A DNA stretch of 64,000 nucleotides from Verrucomicrobiales bacterium (GTDB lineage Bacteria > Verrucomicrobiota > Verrucomicrobiia > Limisphaerales > J093), in NCBI GenBank assembly GCA_037439785.1, contig JBBIVJ010000025.1, positions 5,935 through 69,934 of the forward strand. The letters run 5' to 3'. Positions 42,938-55,164 of the stretch are shown here, one piece after another. Under the pieces are notes generated by a model. It was not told where the DNA came from. It searched no databases and saw only the letters and a list, made by a program, of their open reading frames with translations. The translations under genes and the position numbers were made by a program. Position 1 is the first letter of the stretch. Each line of letters opens with the position of its first letter.

Positions 42938-43786
42938 TCAGCGCACGCGGTTGGCGAGCAGTTCCACCAACAGGCCCAGCACCTCCTCGCGGTCCTGCCC
43001 CTCCAGGGCGAGGGCCAGTTGGGCGGTCAGCAGGCCGTAGCGGGCGCCCAGGTCGTACCGGCGGCCGGCCAGCTCGGCGGCCAGGTACTTTTCCTGGCGG
43101 GCCAGCGCCGCCAGGGCCGGACTCAGTTGCAGCGGTTCACCCGCTTGCAGCCGGGCCTGCTCCGCCTCGAGCAGGGCGAAGACCGTGGGCGTGAGCACGT
43201 GCATGCCGAAAAAGCAGAGGTAGTACCCGGCCCGCAGCCCCGGCACCATCAGGCGCTGCTCGGCCTCGGTGGGGGTGGGTTTTTCGAGCACCTCCCCCAC
43301 CTGATACAGCCCCCGGCGCCCGCTCACCACCCGGCCGCCCACCGCCCCGTAGTAGGGCAGCTTGCTTTCATGGGTGGGCTGCACGGCGGAGACCGCGGCC
43401 TGTTCCGCGGCGGCAATCTGCACCAGTTGCTCGGCGCAGCGGCGCGGCGAGGCCCCCTGGACGTAGAGGTGGTCCCCCACCAGCAACAGGAACGGGTCCG
43501 GCCCGACAAACTCCCGCGCACACAGCACCGCGTGGCCGTAACCGCGCGGCTCGGGCTGCACCAGGAACTGCAGCCGCCCCGCCGCCGCCCCGGCCGCCGC
43601 GGCGTAGGCCGCTTCGTCTCCGGGACGGACCACCACGGCCGGGCTCTCGATGCGGGCGGCGGCCAGTTCCTCCAACAGGATGGCCAGGACGGTTTTGGGC
43701 TGGCCGTCGCGGTCCACGAGCGTTTGCAGGGGCAGATGATGCTCGCGCGGGCCGGCGGCGGTGATGACGGCTTTGCGGATGTCCAT
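42938..43786 (-). CDS. GalU-like sugar-phosphate nucleotidyltransferase with a divergent glycine-rich loop
   Basis: '[17 protein letters not shown]...[14 protein letters not shown]...LLLVGDHLY' parallels GalU ('AVIPVAGLGTRxLPAT...GLGHAVLCA'). The GxGTR loop reads GPREHH. Confidence 0.7.
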   Translation of the reverse strand: MDIRKAVITAAGPREHHLPLQTLVDRDGQPKTVLAILLEELAAARIESPAVVVRPGDEAAYAAAAGAAAGRLQFLVQPEPRGYGHAVLCAREFVGPDPFLLLVGDHLYVQGASPRRCAEQLVQIAAAEQAAVSAVQPTHESKLPYYGAVGGRVVSGRRGLYQVGEVLEKPTPTEAEQRLMVPGLRAGYYLCFFGMHVLTPTVFALLEAEQARLQAGEPLQLSPALAALARQEKYLAAELAGRRYDLGARYGLLTAQLALALEGQDREEVLGLLVELLANRVR

Positions 43787-43952
43787 GGAGTGTGTCGAGT
43801 GGCGGGCGGCCTACCGGCCGCTGGTCTCCCCAGCGGGGCCGGGCGGGCCCGTCGGCCGGGATAGGGTGGCAGCCTAACGGCGGGCGGCCTGCCGGGCAAC
43901 GTGAACCTTGGGGGGAGGGCCTCGGGCGGGCCGGGGTGCGCGCCGCGGCCGG

Positions 43953-46232
43953 TTACGGCGTCGCGGGGGTGTTGGTGGCAGCGGGCGCCGGCGCGGCGGC
44001 CGGGGCGGGAGCCGGCCTGGTGGTGCCGGACCTTTCAGCCTGGGGGCGACGCTGGATTTCCTCGCGCGACTGGCCGGCCCGGCCACCGGTGAGCCGGTGC
44101 ACCCAGCCGAAGCTGTTGAGCAGGCTGTAGAGGAAACCGGCCGCCACAAGCACCGCCAGGAGCTTGGGCCAGAGGGAGGGGCGCTCGGCGAAACGATCGC
44201 CGGCGCCGATCACCGCCCCCGGCGGCACCTGGGCCACCTGGGTGAGCGAGGCGCCGAAGGGCACGTTGATGCGGGCGCGGGTGTTGATGGCCCAGCCGTT
44301 GGCGTCCAGCAGGGGGCCGAGGTTGCGCTTGCGCAGCTTGAGCCAGGCGATGAGCAGCGAGGGGCCGGAGATGATCAGCAGCAGGGCCGCCACCGCCAGG
44401 CAGACCTGCCAGAACGGCAGCTTGAGCAGACCAGTGATGTAGCCGGCCAGGGTGCCGAAAGCGACGCCCAGGGCGCCGAAGGCCACGCCCAACGCGGCCA
44501 CGGTCCCCACGTCCACCTTCTTGGGACCGGGGGCGGTGGCAGGGGCGGTACCGGGCTGGGTGAGGGGGGTGGCCGCTTGGGCCAGCCGGGCGTCTGAAGT
44601 GGCTTCGGCAGCGGCGGCACGCTTGGCGACCTGTTCCTCGATGAAGCGGACGAGTTTTTTGTAGGGGGCCCAGAAGGCCTGCCGGAGGCTGATGGGGTTG
44701 TCCACGATCTTGGTGATGGTGGCATCCCAGTCGCGGCCCTGGCGGTCGTAGAAGACGCCGTTGCGGCCGACCATGAGGTTGTCGGCGTCGCCGTTGGTGA
44801 AGGCGGCCACGATTTGCATTTTCTGGCCACTGGCCTTGTGGGTGCAGTCGCAGTAGGCCAGGTAGGCGCCGGAGAGGCCGGCCAGGGCGGCGTGTTTGGC
44901 GGCGTCCTCGACCCGCAGGCACAACAGGCAGCTCCGCTGGTCCAGGTAGAGGGTGCCGGCCTGGAAGATGGCCGGTTCGCCGCGATCGTAAAAGTCCTTG
45001 AAGTTGACGAAATTCAGGCAGAAGGCATGCAGGTCGCGCAGAAAGCGGAGGAGTTTTTCCACCGCGGCGATGGCCTGCACGTGGGGGTCTTCGGCCCGGT
45101 CGCGCGCGATCAGGGCGGTGAGGGTGGCCTGGCCGGGGCCGGCGAGGATTTCGCGCACGCGGGCGGCGCCGAGCCGCTCCACCGACACCGTGGGTTTGGC
45201 GGCCTGCCAGGCATGGTTGGGGGCCAGTTTGGCCTGGACGGCGGCCCAGTCCGCCTCGGTCAGTTCGGCCCGCTCGCCCAGCAGCGGCTCCAGCGCGGCG
45301 GCCTGGAAGGTGGCCATCGCCCCGGCCCAGGCCGGATGCAGGCCGGTGCGGAGCGGCAACGGTTGGTCCGGGGCGACCGCCGCCAGGGGGAACGCGCCGA
45401 GTTCCGCGGCGGTGATGGAGAGGTCCCGCGCGGCCAGGGCGAGGTAGTCCTTTTCCTCGCGGTTGAGCGCAGCCAGGGCGCGGGGATCGTAGGCGGCCAG
45501 CCGGCAGCGGCCGAAGTAGTCGTCCACCTTCGCCTTGACCGCCTGCAGGGCGGCGGCGGCGGCGGCAGTGGCCTCGCCCAGGGGCAGCACGGCAGGGTCG
45601 GTCTCGGCCTGCTTCAGCCAGGTGTCCCACGCCGCGCACTCGGCAAAGAACTGGTCCACCCGGGCCTGGTTCACGCCCGGCCGGCCGGAACGGTCAGTCT
45701 CCGCCCCCAGGCAGGCGAGGATGTCGGCGATCAACGCGCGGGTGGCATCGTCCTCGGCCGACTCGGCCACGATGACGCCGTCGCCGTTGAAGGCGGTTTG
45801 GGCGAGGATGCGGGTGGTGTCGGCCACGTCCTCGAGGCTGATGGTGGTGGCGTCGGGCTTGCCCAGGCGGGCAAGGATCAGGCGGGCCGTCTCGCGGAGG
45901 TTCTGACCTTCGGGGGTGGCGTCGTGGATCGAGGCCAGCGGCAGGATGGAGGTGTGCCTGAGCAGGTCGTCGGGGTTCTTGAGCAGGTGACCGGTCCAGC
46001 GGATGGCCTGGATGAGTTCGGGGGCGCGGATGCGGCCGTCGCGGTCGGCATCGAGCAGGGCCAGGGTCTTGGGGTCGAATTCCAGGCCGGTGGCCGGGCA
46101 GGCCAGGGCCACCCAGAGCTTTTGATCGAGTGAATCCAGGGCCAGCAGGTCGGCCCCGGTGTCCAGCCGGACCTGGTGGAAGCCGCCGGCGCGGAAAAAT
46201 CTCCACGGGTGGTTGGGAGCAGAGGGGTTCAT
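43953..46232 (-). CDS. large uncharacterised protein with one canonical EF-hand loop and C-terminal transmembrane helices
   Basis: Start at 'MNPSAPNHPWRFFRAGGF'. 'DADRDGRIRAPE' fits DxDxDGxIxxxE. The C-terminal helices are 'VAALGVAFGALGVAFGTLAGYI', 'VCLAVAALLLIISGPSLLIAWL' and 'LLAVLVAAGFLYSLL'. Confidence 0.65.
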   Translation of the reverse strand: MNPSAPNHPWRFFRAGGFHQVRLDTGADLLALDSLDQKLWVALACPATGLEFDPKTLALLDADRDGRIRAPELIQAIRWTGHLLKNPDDLLRHTSILPLASIHDATPEGQNLRETARLILARLGKPDATTISLEDVADTTRILAQTAFNGDGVIVAESAEDDATRALIADILACLGAETDRSGRPGVNQARVDQFFAECAAWDTWLKQAETDPAVLPLGEATAAAAAALQAVKAKVDDYFGRCRLAAYDPRALAALNREEKDYLALAARDLSITAAELGAFPLAAVAPDQPLPLRTGLHPAWAGAMATFQAAALEPLLGERAELTEADWAAVQAKLAPNHAWQAAKPTVSVERLGAARVREILAGPGQATLTALIARDRAEDPHVQAIAAVEKLLRFLRDLHAFCLNFVNFKDFYDRGEPAIFQAGTLYLDQRSCLLCLRVEDAAKHAALAGLSGAYLAYCDCTHKASGQKMQIVAAFTNGDADNLMVGRNGVFYDRQGRDWDATITKIVDNPISLRQAFWAPYKKLVRFIEEQVAKRAAAAEATSDARLAQAATPLTQPGTAPATAPGPKKVDVGTVAALGVAFGALGVAFGTLAGYITGLLKLPFWQVCLAVAALLLIISGPSLLIAWLKLRKRNLGPLLDANGWAINTRARINVPFGASLTQVAQVPPGAVIGAGDRFAERPSLWPKLLAVLVAAGFLYSLLNSFGWVHRLTGGRAGQSREEIQRRPQAERSGTTRPAPAPAAAPAPAATNTPATP

Positions 46233-46533
46233 GGGGGCAACGTGGTCAGGTCGCGGAAGCAAGTTAGTGCTGGACGCCGGGCTGGCAATGCGAAATAGCC
46301 GCCGGAGTGGCAGGCAGCCGGGCCATCTTTCTTTACTCCGGCTGACGCTGGCGGCCACGCGCAGATTGCCCGTCCAGCCGGGACCGCGAGGGGGCGGCCC
46401 CTCCCCCGTGGCAGTCCTTCGCCGCCGGCTCGCGGGTGGGTCGGCCTCCCCGCCGACTCTGCCGGCTGCGACCGCCCTGAAAAACCACCCCGTGCCAGCT
46501 TGTTCCGGGGACTCGGCCGGTCACAATGTCGGC

Positions 46534-47577
46534 GTGAAACCGGCTCCTTCCCCACCTGACGCCGCGGCAGCCGAGCCGTACCCGGTCCGGGCCGGGGCGC
46601 GGGACCGGTGGGTCCTGGCGCGGCGACCGGCCCGCACCCCGCCGGACCTGACGCGGCCGGTGGCGGCTTTCATCGAGCGGGAACGGGACGAGCAGGGGCG
46701 CGTGGTGACCGGGCTCACGGTGTTGCTGGCCAGTCGCGAGTGCCCGTGGCGCTGCGTGATGTGTGACCTGTGGCAGCAGACCGTGCCGGGGGCCGTGCCG
46801 CCGGGAATGATTCCCCGCCAGGTGGAGGCCGCCCTGGCCGTGGCGGGTCCGGAGGCGCGTCAGGGGCCACTGAAGTTGTACAACAGCGGCAGCTTTTTCG
46901 ATCCCCGGGCCCTCCCCCCCGCGGATTACCCCGCCGTCGCCGCACGGGCGGTGGGTTTCGAGCGGGTGGTGGTCGAGTGTCATCCGGCGCTGATCGGGCG
47001 GCGGGTGGTGGCGTTCCGGGATCAGTTGCAGGTGGCGGCCGCGGTGGCGGGGGTGCCCGCCCCGCGATTGGAGGTGGCGATGGGACTGGAGACCGCGCAC
47101 CCGGAGGTGCTGGAGCGGTTGCACAAGCGGGTAACCCTCGACCACTTCCAAAAGGCAGCGGAGTTTCTCCGGCGGGAGGCGGTAGCCTTGCGGGTGTTCA
47201 TCCTGGTCCAACCGCCGTTTCAACCGCCCGCGGAGGCGGTGAGCTGGGCGGTGCGGTCGGTGGACCTGGCCGTGGAGTGCGGCGCGGCGGTGGCGGTGTT
47301 GATCCCCACGCGGCCGGGCAACGGCGCGCTGGAGGCGCTGGCGGCGGCGGGCCAGTTCACACCGCCGCGGCTCGCAACCCTGGAGGCGGCGTTCGAGCAG
47401 GGGCTGCGTCCGGGACGGGCGAGGGTTTTTGCCGATTTGTGGAACCTCGAACGGTTCGCGGATTGCCCGGCCTGTTTTGCGGCGCGGCGCGCCCGGCTCG
47501 AGCGGATCAACCATGAACAGACCTGCCCGCCGCGGGTGCGCTGCGCCCGCTGCGGGGCGGGGTCCACGGGGAGTTGA
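46534..47577 (+). CDS. radical SAM protein (unassigned subfamily)
   Basis: 'LLASRECPWRCVMCDLW' CxxxCxxC cluster about 60 aa from a GTG start at 46534. The ORF-track start at 46159 would overlap the divergent gene. It also has a C-terminal Cys cluster 'CPACFAARRARLERINHEQTCPPRVRCARC'. Confidence 0.65.
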   Translation: MKPAPSPPDAAAAEPYPVRAGARDRWVLARRPARTPPDLTRPVAAFIERERDEQGRVVTGLTVLLASRECPWRCVMCDLWQQTVPGAVPPGMIPRQVEAALAVAGPEARQGPLKLYNSGSFFDPRALPPADYPAVAARAVGFERVVVECHPALIGRRVVAFRDQLQVAAAVAGVPAPRLEVAMGLETAHPEVLERLHKRVTLDHFQKAAEFLRREAVALRVFILVQPPFQPPAEAVSWAVRSVDLAVECGAAVAVLIPTRPGNGALEALAAAGQFTPPRLATLEAAFEQGLRPGRARVFADLWNLERFADCPACFAARRARLERINHEQTCPPRVRCARCGAGSTGS

Positions 47578-47829
47578 GGGCCGGGCCGGGCGCGGGCGGG
47601 TCGTCGGGCTGCGGGGCAAAAAACGGCGGGAGAAAGCCAAGAAACGCCGAGCCGGCGGGGCCTTGCGGGCTAGGCTCCGCGGGTGCCCGGTCCGGGGAGC
47701 CGAACCGGCGGGGCCGAGCCGGCAAGGCGAAGAACCTTGACGCCCCGCAGCGGCTCCCCTACGTGGCTGGGCGGTGAACGGCCGTTTCGGCCGCTATTTG
47801 CCTCGGACCTTGGCCATCGAACCGAACCT

Positions 47830-50295
<2,466 letters not shown>

Positions 50296-50329
50296 GGCGC
50301 GGCGCGGCACCGCCCGCTTCCTTCCCCCG

Positions 50330-50363
50330 GCCCCGGCCGCCCGCCAGCGGTCGGGGCTTTTTT
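50330..50363 (+). terminator. rho-independent terminator after hppA
   Basis: GCCCCG-N16-CGGGGC followed by TTTTTT, 35 nt after the stop codon. Confidence 0.55.
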
Positions 50364-50474
50364 CTCCCCGCCAGCGGTCGCCGTCCCGCTCCCACCTAAG
50401 CCAGGGAGCCGGCAGCGTGGGCGATTTTCCAGTTTACAGCCGCCGCCGTGGCGGCTACCAGAAGGCCACCCAAC

Positions 50475-51452
50475 ATGAAATCCATGAAAACCTCCTGGCA
50501 ACTCCGCGGCGGTCTGGTGGTCCTGGCGTGCGCCGGCCAACTGGCGCAGGGCACGGCGCAGACCCTGTTTAACGACACCTTTGACACGGACACCACGGCC
50601 AACTGGTCCATCTACACTTCCCAGGCCGACACGGCGGTGGTCTTCGTCTACGACTACAGCGCGGACGGCATTCCCCCCGCGCCCCACTCGAACGGCTCGA
50701 CCCTCGGCGTGAAATTCACCGCCAACATGACCGCCGGCCAGTCCCCCGAAGCGGCCGGCCTGAACCTCGTCCCCATCGGCCAGAACTTCACCGGCGATTA
50801 CGTGCTGAAGTTCGACCTGTGGATCAACGCCAACGGCCCCTTCCCGGCTGGCGGCAGCGGCTCCACTGAGTTTGCCTCCGCCGGCATCGGTCTGAGCGGC
50901 AATGGCTCCCTGGTCTGGTCGGGCGCCGCCCCGGCCGGCACGGCCTGGTTTGCCGTCTCCGGGGAAGGCGGCGCGGCCCAGGACTTCCGCGCCTACGTGG
51001 GCTCGGCTCTCCAGGGCGAAGGCCCGGTTTACTATGCCGAGGGCGCCCCCGAGCGCGACAACAGCCATCCCTACTACGCCACGACCTTCCCCGGCGGCCA
51101 GACCCCCCCCGCCAGCCAGACCACCGCCCACCCGCAACAGACCGGCGCCCTCAATGTCGGCACCGTCGGCTTCGCCTGGCGGCAGGTCGAGATCAGCAAG
51201 GTGGGCGATGAAGTGGTCTGGTCCGTGGACGGCCTGCCCATTGCCCGGCTGACCGGCAGCGGTAACGGCGTGGCCCTCGAAGGCAACATCACGGTCGGCT
51301 ACTTCGACCCCTTCAACTCGATCTCGGACAACGCCGCCCTCAGTTTCGGGGTGGTGGACAACGTGCGGGTCGAGGTGATTCCCGAACCGGGTACCGCGGC
51401 CCTGGGTCTGCTGGGCCTGGGCTTGTGGTTCCTGAGCCGACGCCGGGCCTGA
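50475..51452 (+). CDS. PEP-CTERM-anchored secreted protein
   Basis: Signal peptide 'LRGGLVVLACAGQLAQGTA'. C-terminus 'VIPEPGTAALGLLGLGLWFLSRRRA' has the PEP motif, TM helix and Arg cluster. ATG 50475 is preferred over the GTG at 50448. Confidence 0.75.
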   Translation: MKSMKTSWQLRGGLVVLACAGQLAQGTAQTLFNDTFDTDTTANWSIYTSQADTAVVFVYDYSADGIPPAPHSNGSTLGVKFTANMTAGQSPEAAGLNLVPIGQNFTGDYVLKFDLWINANGPFPAGGSGSTEFASAGIGLSGNGSLVWSGAAPAGTAWFAVSGEGGAAQDFRAYVGSALQGEGPVYYAEGAPERDNSHPYYATTFPGGQTPPASQTTAHPQQTGALNVGTVGFAWRQVEISKVGDEVVWSVDGLPIARLTGSGNGVALEGNITVGYFDPFNSISDNAALSFGVVDNVRVEVIPEPGTAALGLLGLGLWFLSRRRA

Positions 51453-51466
51453 ACCGCTTCCGCCAG

Positions 51467-51500
51467 AAAAAAAGGCCGCCTCCGGGCGGCCGTTTTTTTT
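51467..51500. terminator. bidirectional rho-independent terminator
   Basis: AAAAAAA-GGCCGCC-tccg-GGCGGCC-g-TTTTTTTT, lying between the convergent PEP-CTERM gene and hflX. Confidence 0.8.
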
Positions 51501-51515
51501 CCGCCCCGCCGCCGG

Positions 51516-52829
51516 CTACGGGGCGGCCACCACAAACCGCGCGAACTCCCCGCGGACATGCGGCGGGAGGCGGACCTTGAACCGCGCCGCCCGGCCATCG
51601 TAGGCCCGATCGAGAATCTGGCCGACGGCGTGTAGGCGCGCCACCGCCGCCGCCTCGCCATGCGGGATGGCCAGCTCGAGATACTCGCGCGCCGGCCGCA
51701 ACGCGTTGCCCAGGGCCGCCAACAGGTCCGCAAACCCCGCCCCCGTGAGGGCCGAAATGGCCACCGCCTGCGGGTACCGTGCCCGCCACGCGGCCAGCCC
51801 CTCGCCGTCCGGCAACCGGTCCGCCTTGTTGAGGACCATGAGCACCGGGGTGTCCGCCACACCCAACTCGGCCAGCACGGCCTGCACGGAGGCGATTTGC
51901 TCCTCGGCACGCGGATGGCTGACGTCCACCACGTGCAGCAGCAGGTCTGCGTTGACCACTTCCTCGAGCGTGGCGCGGAAAGCCTCGATCAGGGCGTGCG
52001 GCAGCTTGCGAATGAAGCCCACCGTGTCCGAGAGCAGCACGTTCTGGTTGGTGGGCAGGCGCAGCCGGCGGGTGGTCGGGTCCAGCGTGGCGAACAGCCG
52101 GTCCTCGGCCAGCACCCCGGCCCGGGTCAGCGCATTGAACAGGGTGGATTTGCCCGCGTTGGTGTAGCCCACGATCGAGGCCAGCGGCCAGTGATGGCGG
52201 CGGCGCCCCTGGCGCTGGGTGGTGCGCTGGCGGCGGACCTCCTCCAGTTCCTGCTCCAGGCGGTCAATCCGCTCCTGGACCTTGCGCCGGTCCGCCTCGA
52301 GCTGGCTTTCGCCCTCGCCCCCGATGGCCCCCAGCCCGCCCCGCTGCCGGGACAGGTGTGTCCAGTACCGCCGCAGGCGGGGCAACAGGTGCTGCAACTG
52401 CGCCAGCTCGACCTGAAGCTGACCCTCCCGGGTGCGCGCCCGCAGGGCAAAGATGTCCAGGATCACCTCGGTCCGGTCGAGCACCTTGGTGCGCAACATC
52501 TGCTCGAGGTTGCGCGCCTGGGCGGGGGACAGCTCCTCGTCAAATGCCACCGTGTCAATGCCCTCGGCCGCGCAGCGGGCGGCGATTTCCTCCGCCTTGC
52601 CCGTGCCGATGAAGGTGGCGGGGTGCGGCTGGTCCAGCCGTTGGATCACCCGGTCCACCACCTGCCCGCCCAGCGTGCGCACCAGCTCGGCCAGTTCTTC
52701 CAGGTAATCCGTCACCTGCCAGCCGGGTCGGTGCCTGAGTTCCACGCCGACCAGCAACACCCGCTCGGTGCGGCGTTCGCGATGGGTGGAAACAAGCGCT
52801 TTCAACGCATCAGGTTCAGGTGGGGACAA
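51516..52829 (-). CDS. hflX: GTPase HflX
   Basis: HflX N-domain 'IGTGKAEEI...FDEELSPAQARNLE', 'QLQVELAQLQHLLPRL', and G1 'IVGYTNAGKSTLFNALT'. Confidence 0.9.
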   Translation of the reverse strand: MSPPEPDALKALVSTHRERRTERVLLVGVELRHRPGWQVTDYLEELAELVRTLGGQVVDRVIQRLDQPHPATFIGTGKAEEIAARCAAEGIDTVAFDEELSPAQARNLEQMLRTKVLDRTEVILDIFALRARTREGQLQVELAQLQHLLPRLRRYWTHLSRQRGGLGAIGGEGESQLEADRRKVQERIDRLEQELEEVRRQRTTQRQGRRRHHWPLASIVGYTNAGKSTLFNALTRAGVLAEDRLFATLDPTTRRLRLPTNQNVLLSDTVGFIRKLPHALIEAFRATLEEVVNADLLLHVVDVSHPRAEEQIASVQAVLAELGVADTPVLMVLNKADRLPDGEGLAAWRARYPQAVAISALTGAGFADLLAALGNALRPAREYLELAIPHGEAAAVARLHAVGQILDRAYDGRAARFKVRLPPHVRGEFARFVVAAP

Positions 52830-53085
52830 TGTACCGCCCCGGCCCGGTTCTGCAATCCCACGGCTTCACCCTCCACCCCGCCCAGACGGCCAACGGGCCC
52901 CCCCGTCGGCCCCTGCGGGGAAGAGCCGCAGATGTGCGCTCAAACACACATTTACGGCAACCCCACGCCGGCCTACACAGAGTTAGTCTTTGGAGCCGTG
53001 GGGCGCGGGAGACCGACCGGGATTGACAGTCGGGGCGGTTCCCGTAATCGTACGGCGAACACCGAAGCCAACAGACAGACCTGCC

Positions 53086-53985
53086 ATGAAGAGTTACCCA
53101 ACCTCTACCGAGCGGCAGCGGCGCGGCGGCTTTACGCTGATCGAGCTACTGGTGGTCATCGCCATCATTGCCATCCTGGCCGGGATGCTCCTGCCGGCAC
53201 TGGCCCGGGCCAAATCCAAGGCCACGGGCATCATGTGCATGAACAACACCAAGCAGTTGATGCTCGCCAACCACATGTACCAGGGCGACAACAACGACAA
53301 ATTCCCCGGAGCCTACCATGGCGGTTTCGTGCCGGGGTCCAACGCCCGGGAACGCCCCTGGGTGACGGGGTGGCTGGACTGGACCACCAGCCCGGACAAC
53401 ACCAACACCCTGTACCTCCTTGATCCCCGCTACGCGGTCCTGGCGAACTACTTCGCCGGAGCCAAGAACATCTACAAGTGCCCCGCGGATAAATATGTGT
53501 CCCCCGCCCAACGGTCCCGGGGTTGGACCGAGCGGGTGCGCAGTGTGTCGGGAAACATCTACATCGGTGAAGGCAACGGCTGGAGCACGCTGGGGGGTGG
53601 GCCCAGCGGCCCCAACAATCTCCAGATGTACCGCGGGGCGACCCGAGCCTCCGATTTGATCATACCCGGACCGGCTCAGACGTGGGTGTACGTGGATGAA
53701 CACCCGGACAGCATCAACGACGCGGGCTGCTTCCCGCCCAACTCGCCCACCAACATCCCGGACGCACCGGCGACGTATCACAACCTGGCCGCGGGGTTCG
53801 CTTTCGCGGACGGGCACTCCGAGATTCGCAAATGGATTGGTCCGACGATGAAAAGGCCCCGGCGCAGCAATGGATTGGACGGCGTCATCTTCCAGGCGCA
53901 AAACAACTTTACCACGGTTCGAGGTGATCCCGACTTGAGTTGGTACTCGCGGGTCTCTCCGCGCCAGACCGAAGCCCATTTTTAG
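53086..53985 (+). CDS. prepilin-type N-terminal cleavage/methylation domain protein, HX9DG family
   Basis: '[26 protein letters not shown]' and C-terminal '[14 protein letters not shown]' (H-x9-DG). Confidence 0.85.
   Translation: MKSYPTSTERQRRGGFTLIELLVVIAIIAILAGMLLPALARAKSKATGIMCMNNTKQLMLANHMYQGDNNDKFPGAYHGGFVPGSNARERPWVTGWLDWTTSPDNTNTLYLLDPRYAVLANYFAGAKNIYKCPADKYVSPAQRSRGWTERVRSVSGNIYIGEGNGWSTLGGGPSGPNNLQMYRGATRASDLIIPGPAQTWVYVDEHPDSINDAGCFPPNSPTNIPDAPATYHNLAAGFAFADGHSEIRKWIGPTMKRPRRSNGLDGVIFQAQNNFTTVRGDPDLSWYSRVSPRQTEAHF
53170..53457. repeat. 288-nt block identical to 54336-54623
   Basis: By direct comparison, the 5' thirds of the two HX9DG genes are identical over this block. Identity falls to roughly 80% immediately downstream. 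Confidence 0.85.
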
Positions 53986-54251
53986 CACGCGGGCGGAAAA
54001 GCCGTGGAAGGTCGCCGCCGCGTCCCACGAGCCGCCGCCGAAGTGGCATAAAGGGTCGGTCACTTGGGCGAGGACACTTTGGGCTGTGCAGACAGACACA
54101 CACTTTCACCAGACGGCCGGTGACCTAATCGGGTTCCAGCTGGGTGGGTTTTTTGCCGCGGGCTGAACCCACAGTGTGAAGTTGACGCCGGGCGGAGCGG
54201 TTGAGACATTCGGCCGGTCGTCAACCCGTAACCCCGAAGTAACTTGCTGGC

Positions 54252-55109
54252 ATGAAAAGCTGCCAAACCAACCAGACCCGCCGGACGTGGGGCGGGTTCA
54301 CCCTGATCGAGCTGCTGGTGGTCATCGCCATCATCGCCATCCTGGCCGGGATGCTCCTGCCGGCACTGGCCCGGGCCAAATCCAAGGCCACGGGCATCAT
54401 GTGCATGAACAACACCAAGCAGTTGATGCTCGCCAACCACATGTACCAGGGCGACAACAACGACAAATTCCCCGGAGCCTACCATGGCGGTTTCGTGCCG
54501 GGGTCCAACGCCCGGGAACGCCCCTGGGTGACGGGGTGGCTGGACTGGACCACCAGCCCGGACAACACCAACACCCTGTACCTCCTTGATCCCCGCTACG
54601 CGGTCCTGGCGAACTACTTCGCCAACTCCAAGAACGTGTACAAGTGCCCGGCGGACAAGTACGTCTCGAACGCCCAGCGAGCCAGGGGCTGGACCGAGCG
54701 CGTCCGGAGCGTATCGGGCAACATCCTCGTGGGCGAAGGCAACGCGGAAACCGGTCCCATGGGCAGCATCTATGCCCACCCGGTGCGGGCTTCTGACTTG
54801 ACCATCCCTGGACCCAGCGAGACGTGGGTGTACGTGGATGAATTCCCCGACAGCATCAACGACGCCGGCTGTTTCCCACCCAACAGCTCGATCAACATCG
54901 TGGACATCCCCGCCAATTACCACAATGGCGCCTGTGGGTTTGCCTTCGCGGACGGCCACTCGGAAATCCACAAGTGGATCGGTCCCAGGATCAAGAACCT
55001 CAAAATCACGGCTCGTGACTACCAGCTCAACATTACCACCGTCAAAGGTGACCCCGACCTGCGCTGGTATTCGTACAAGAGCCCGCGCAAGACCACCGAT
55101 TATTACTGA
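54252..55109 (+). CDS. prepilin-type N-terminal cleavage/methylation domain protein, HX9DG family (paralog)
   Basis: '[26 protein letters not shown]' and '[14 protein letters not shown]'. Confidence 0.85.
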   Translation: MKSCQTNQTRRTWGGFTLIELLVVIAIIAILAGMLLPALARAKSKATGIMCMNNTKQLMLANHMYQGDNNDKFPGAYHGGFVPGSNARERPWVTGWLDWTTSPDNTNTLYLLDPRYAVLANYFANSKNVYKCPADKYVSNAQRARGWTERVRSVSGNILVGEGNAETGPMGSIYAHPVRASDLTIPGPSETWVYVDEFPDSINDAGCFPPNSSINIVDIPANYHNGACGFAFADGHSEIHKWIGPRIKNLKITARDYQLNITTVKGDPDLRWYSYKSPRKTTDYY

Positions 55110-55164
55110 GCCGGCTCTGGCCTGAATCCTTCAGGGTTCGACAACTGGTAACAGGGTTACACGC

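Noticed and set aside
39794-43864. 1356-aa plus-strand ORF. Similar long antisense ORFs occur at 839-2872(-), 6374-8869(-), 24387-28565(+), 34784-38491(+), 47794-50310(-) and 58147-61659(+).
   Set aside because: All lie antisense to genes with strong, recognisable motifs (secA, sucA, hppA and others). All translate to Arg/Gly/Pro/Gln-rich low-complexity sequence. They are GC-driven stop-codon depletion, not genes.
46283-46299. Second sigma-54-like site, 'TGGCAATGCGAAATAGC', in the divergent promoter region
   Set aside because: The GG-to-GC spacing is 2 nt too long and the -12 element is AGC, not TTGC.
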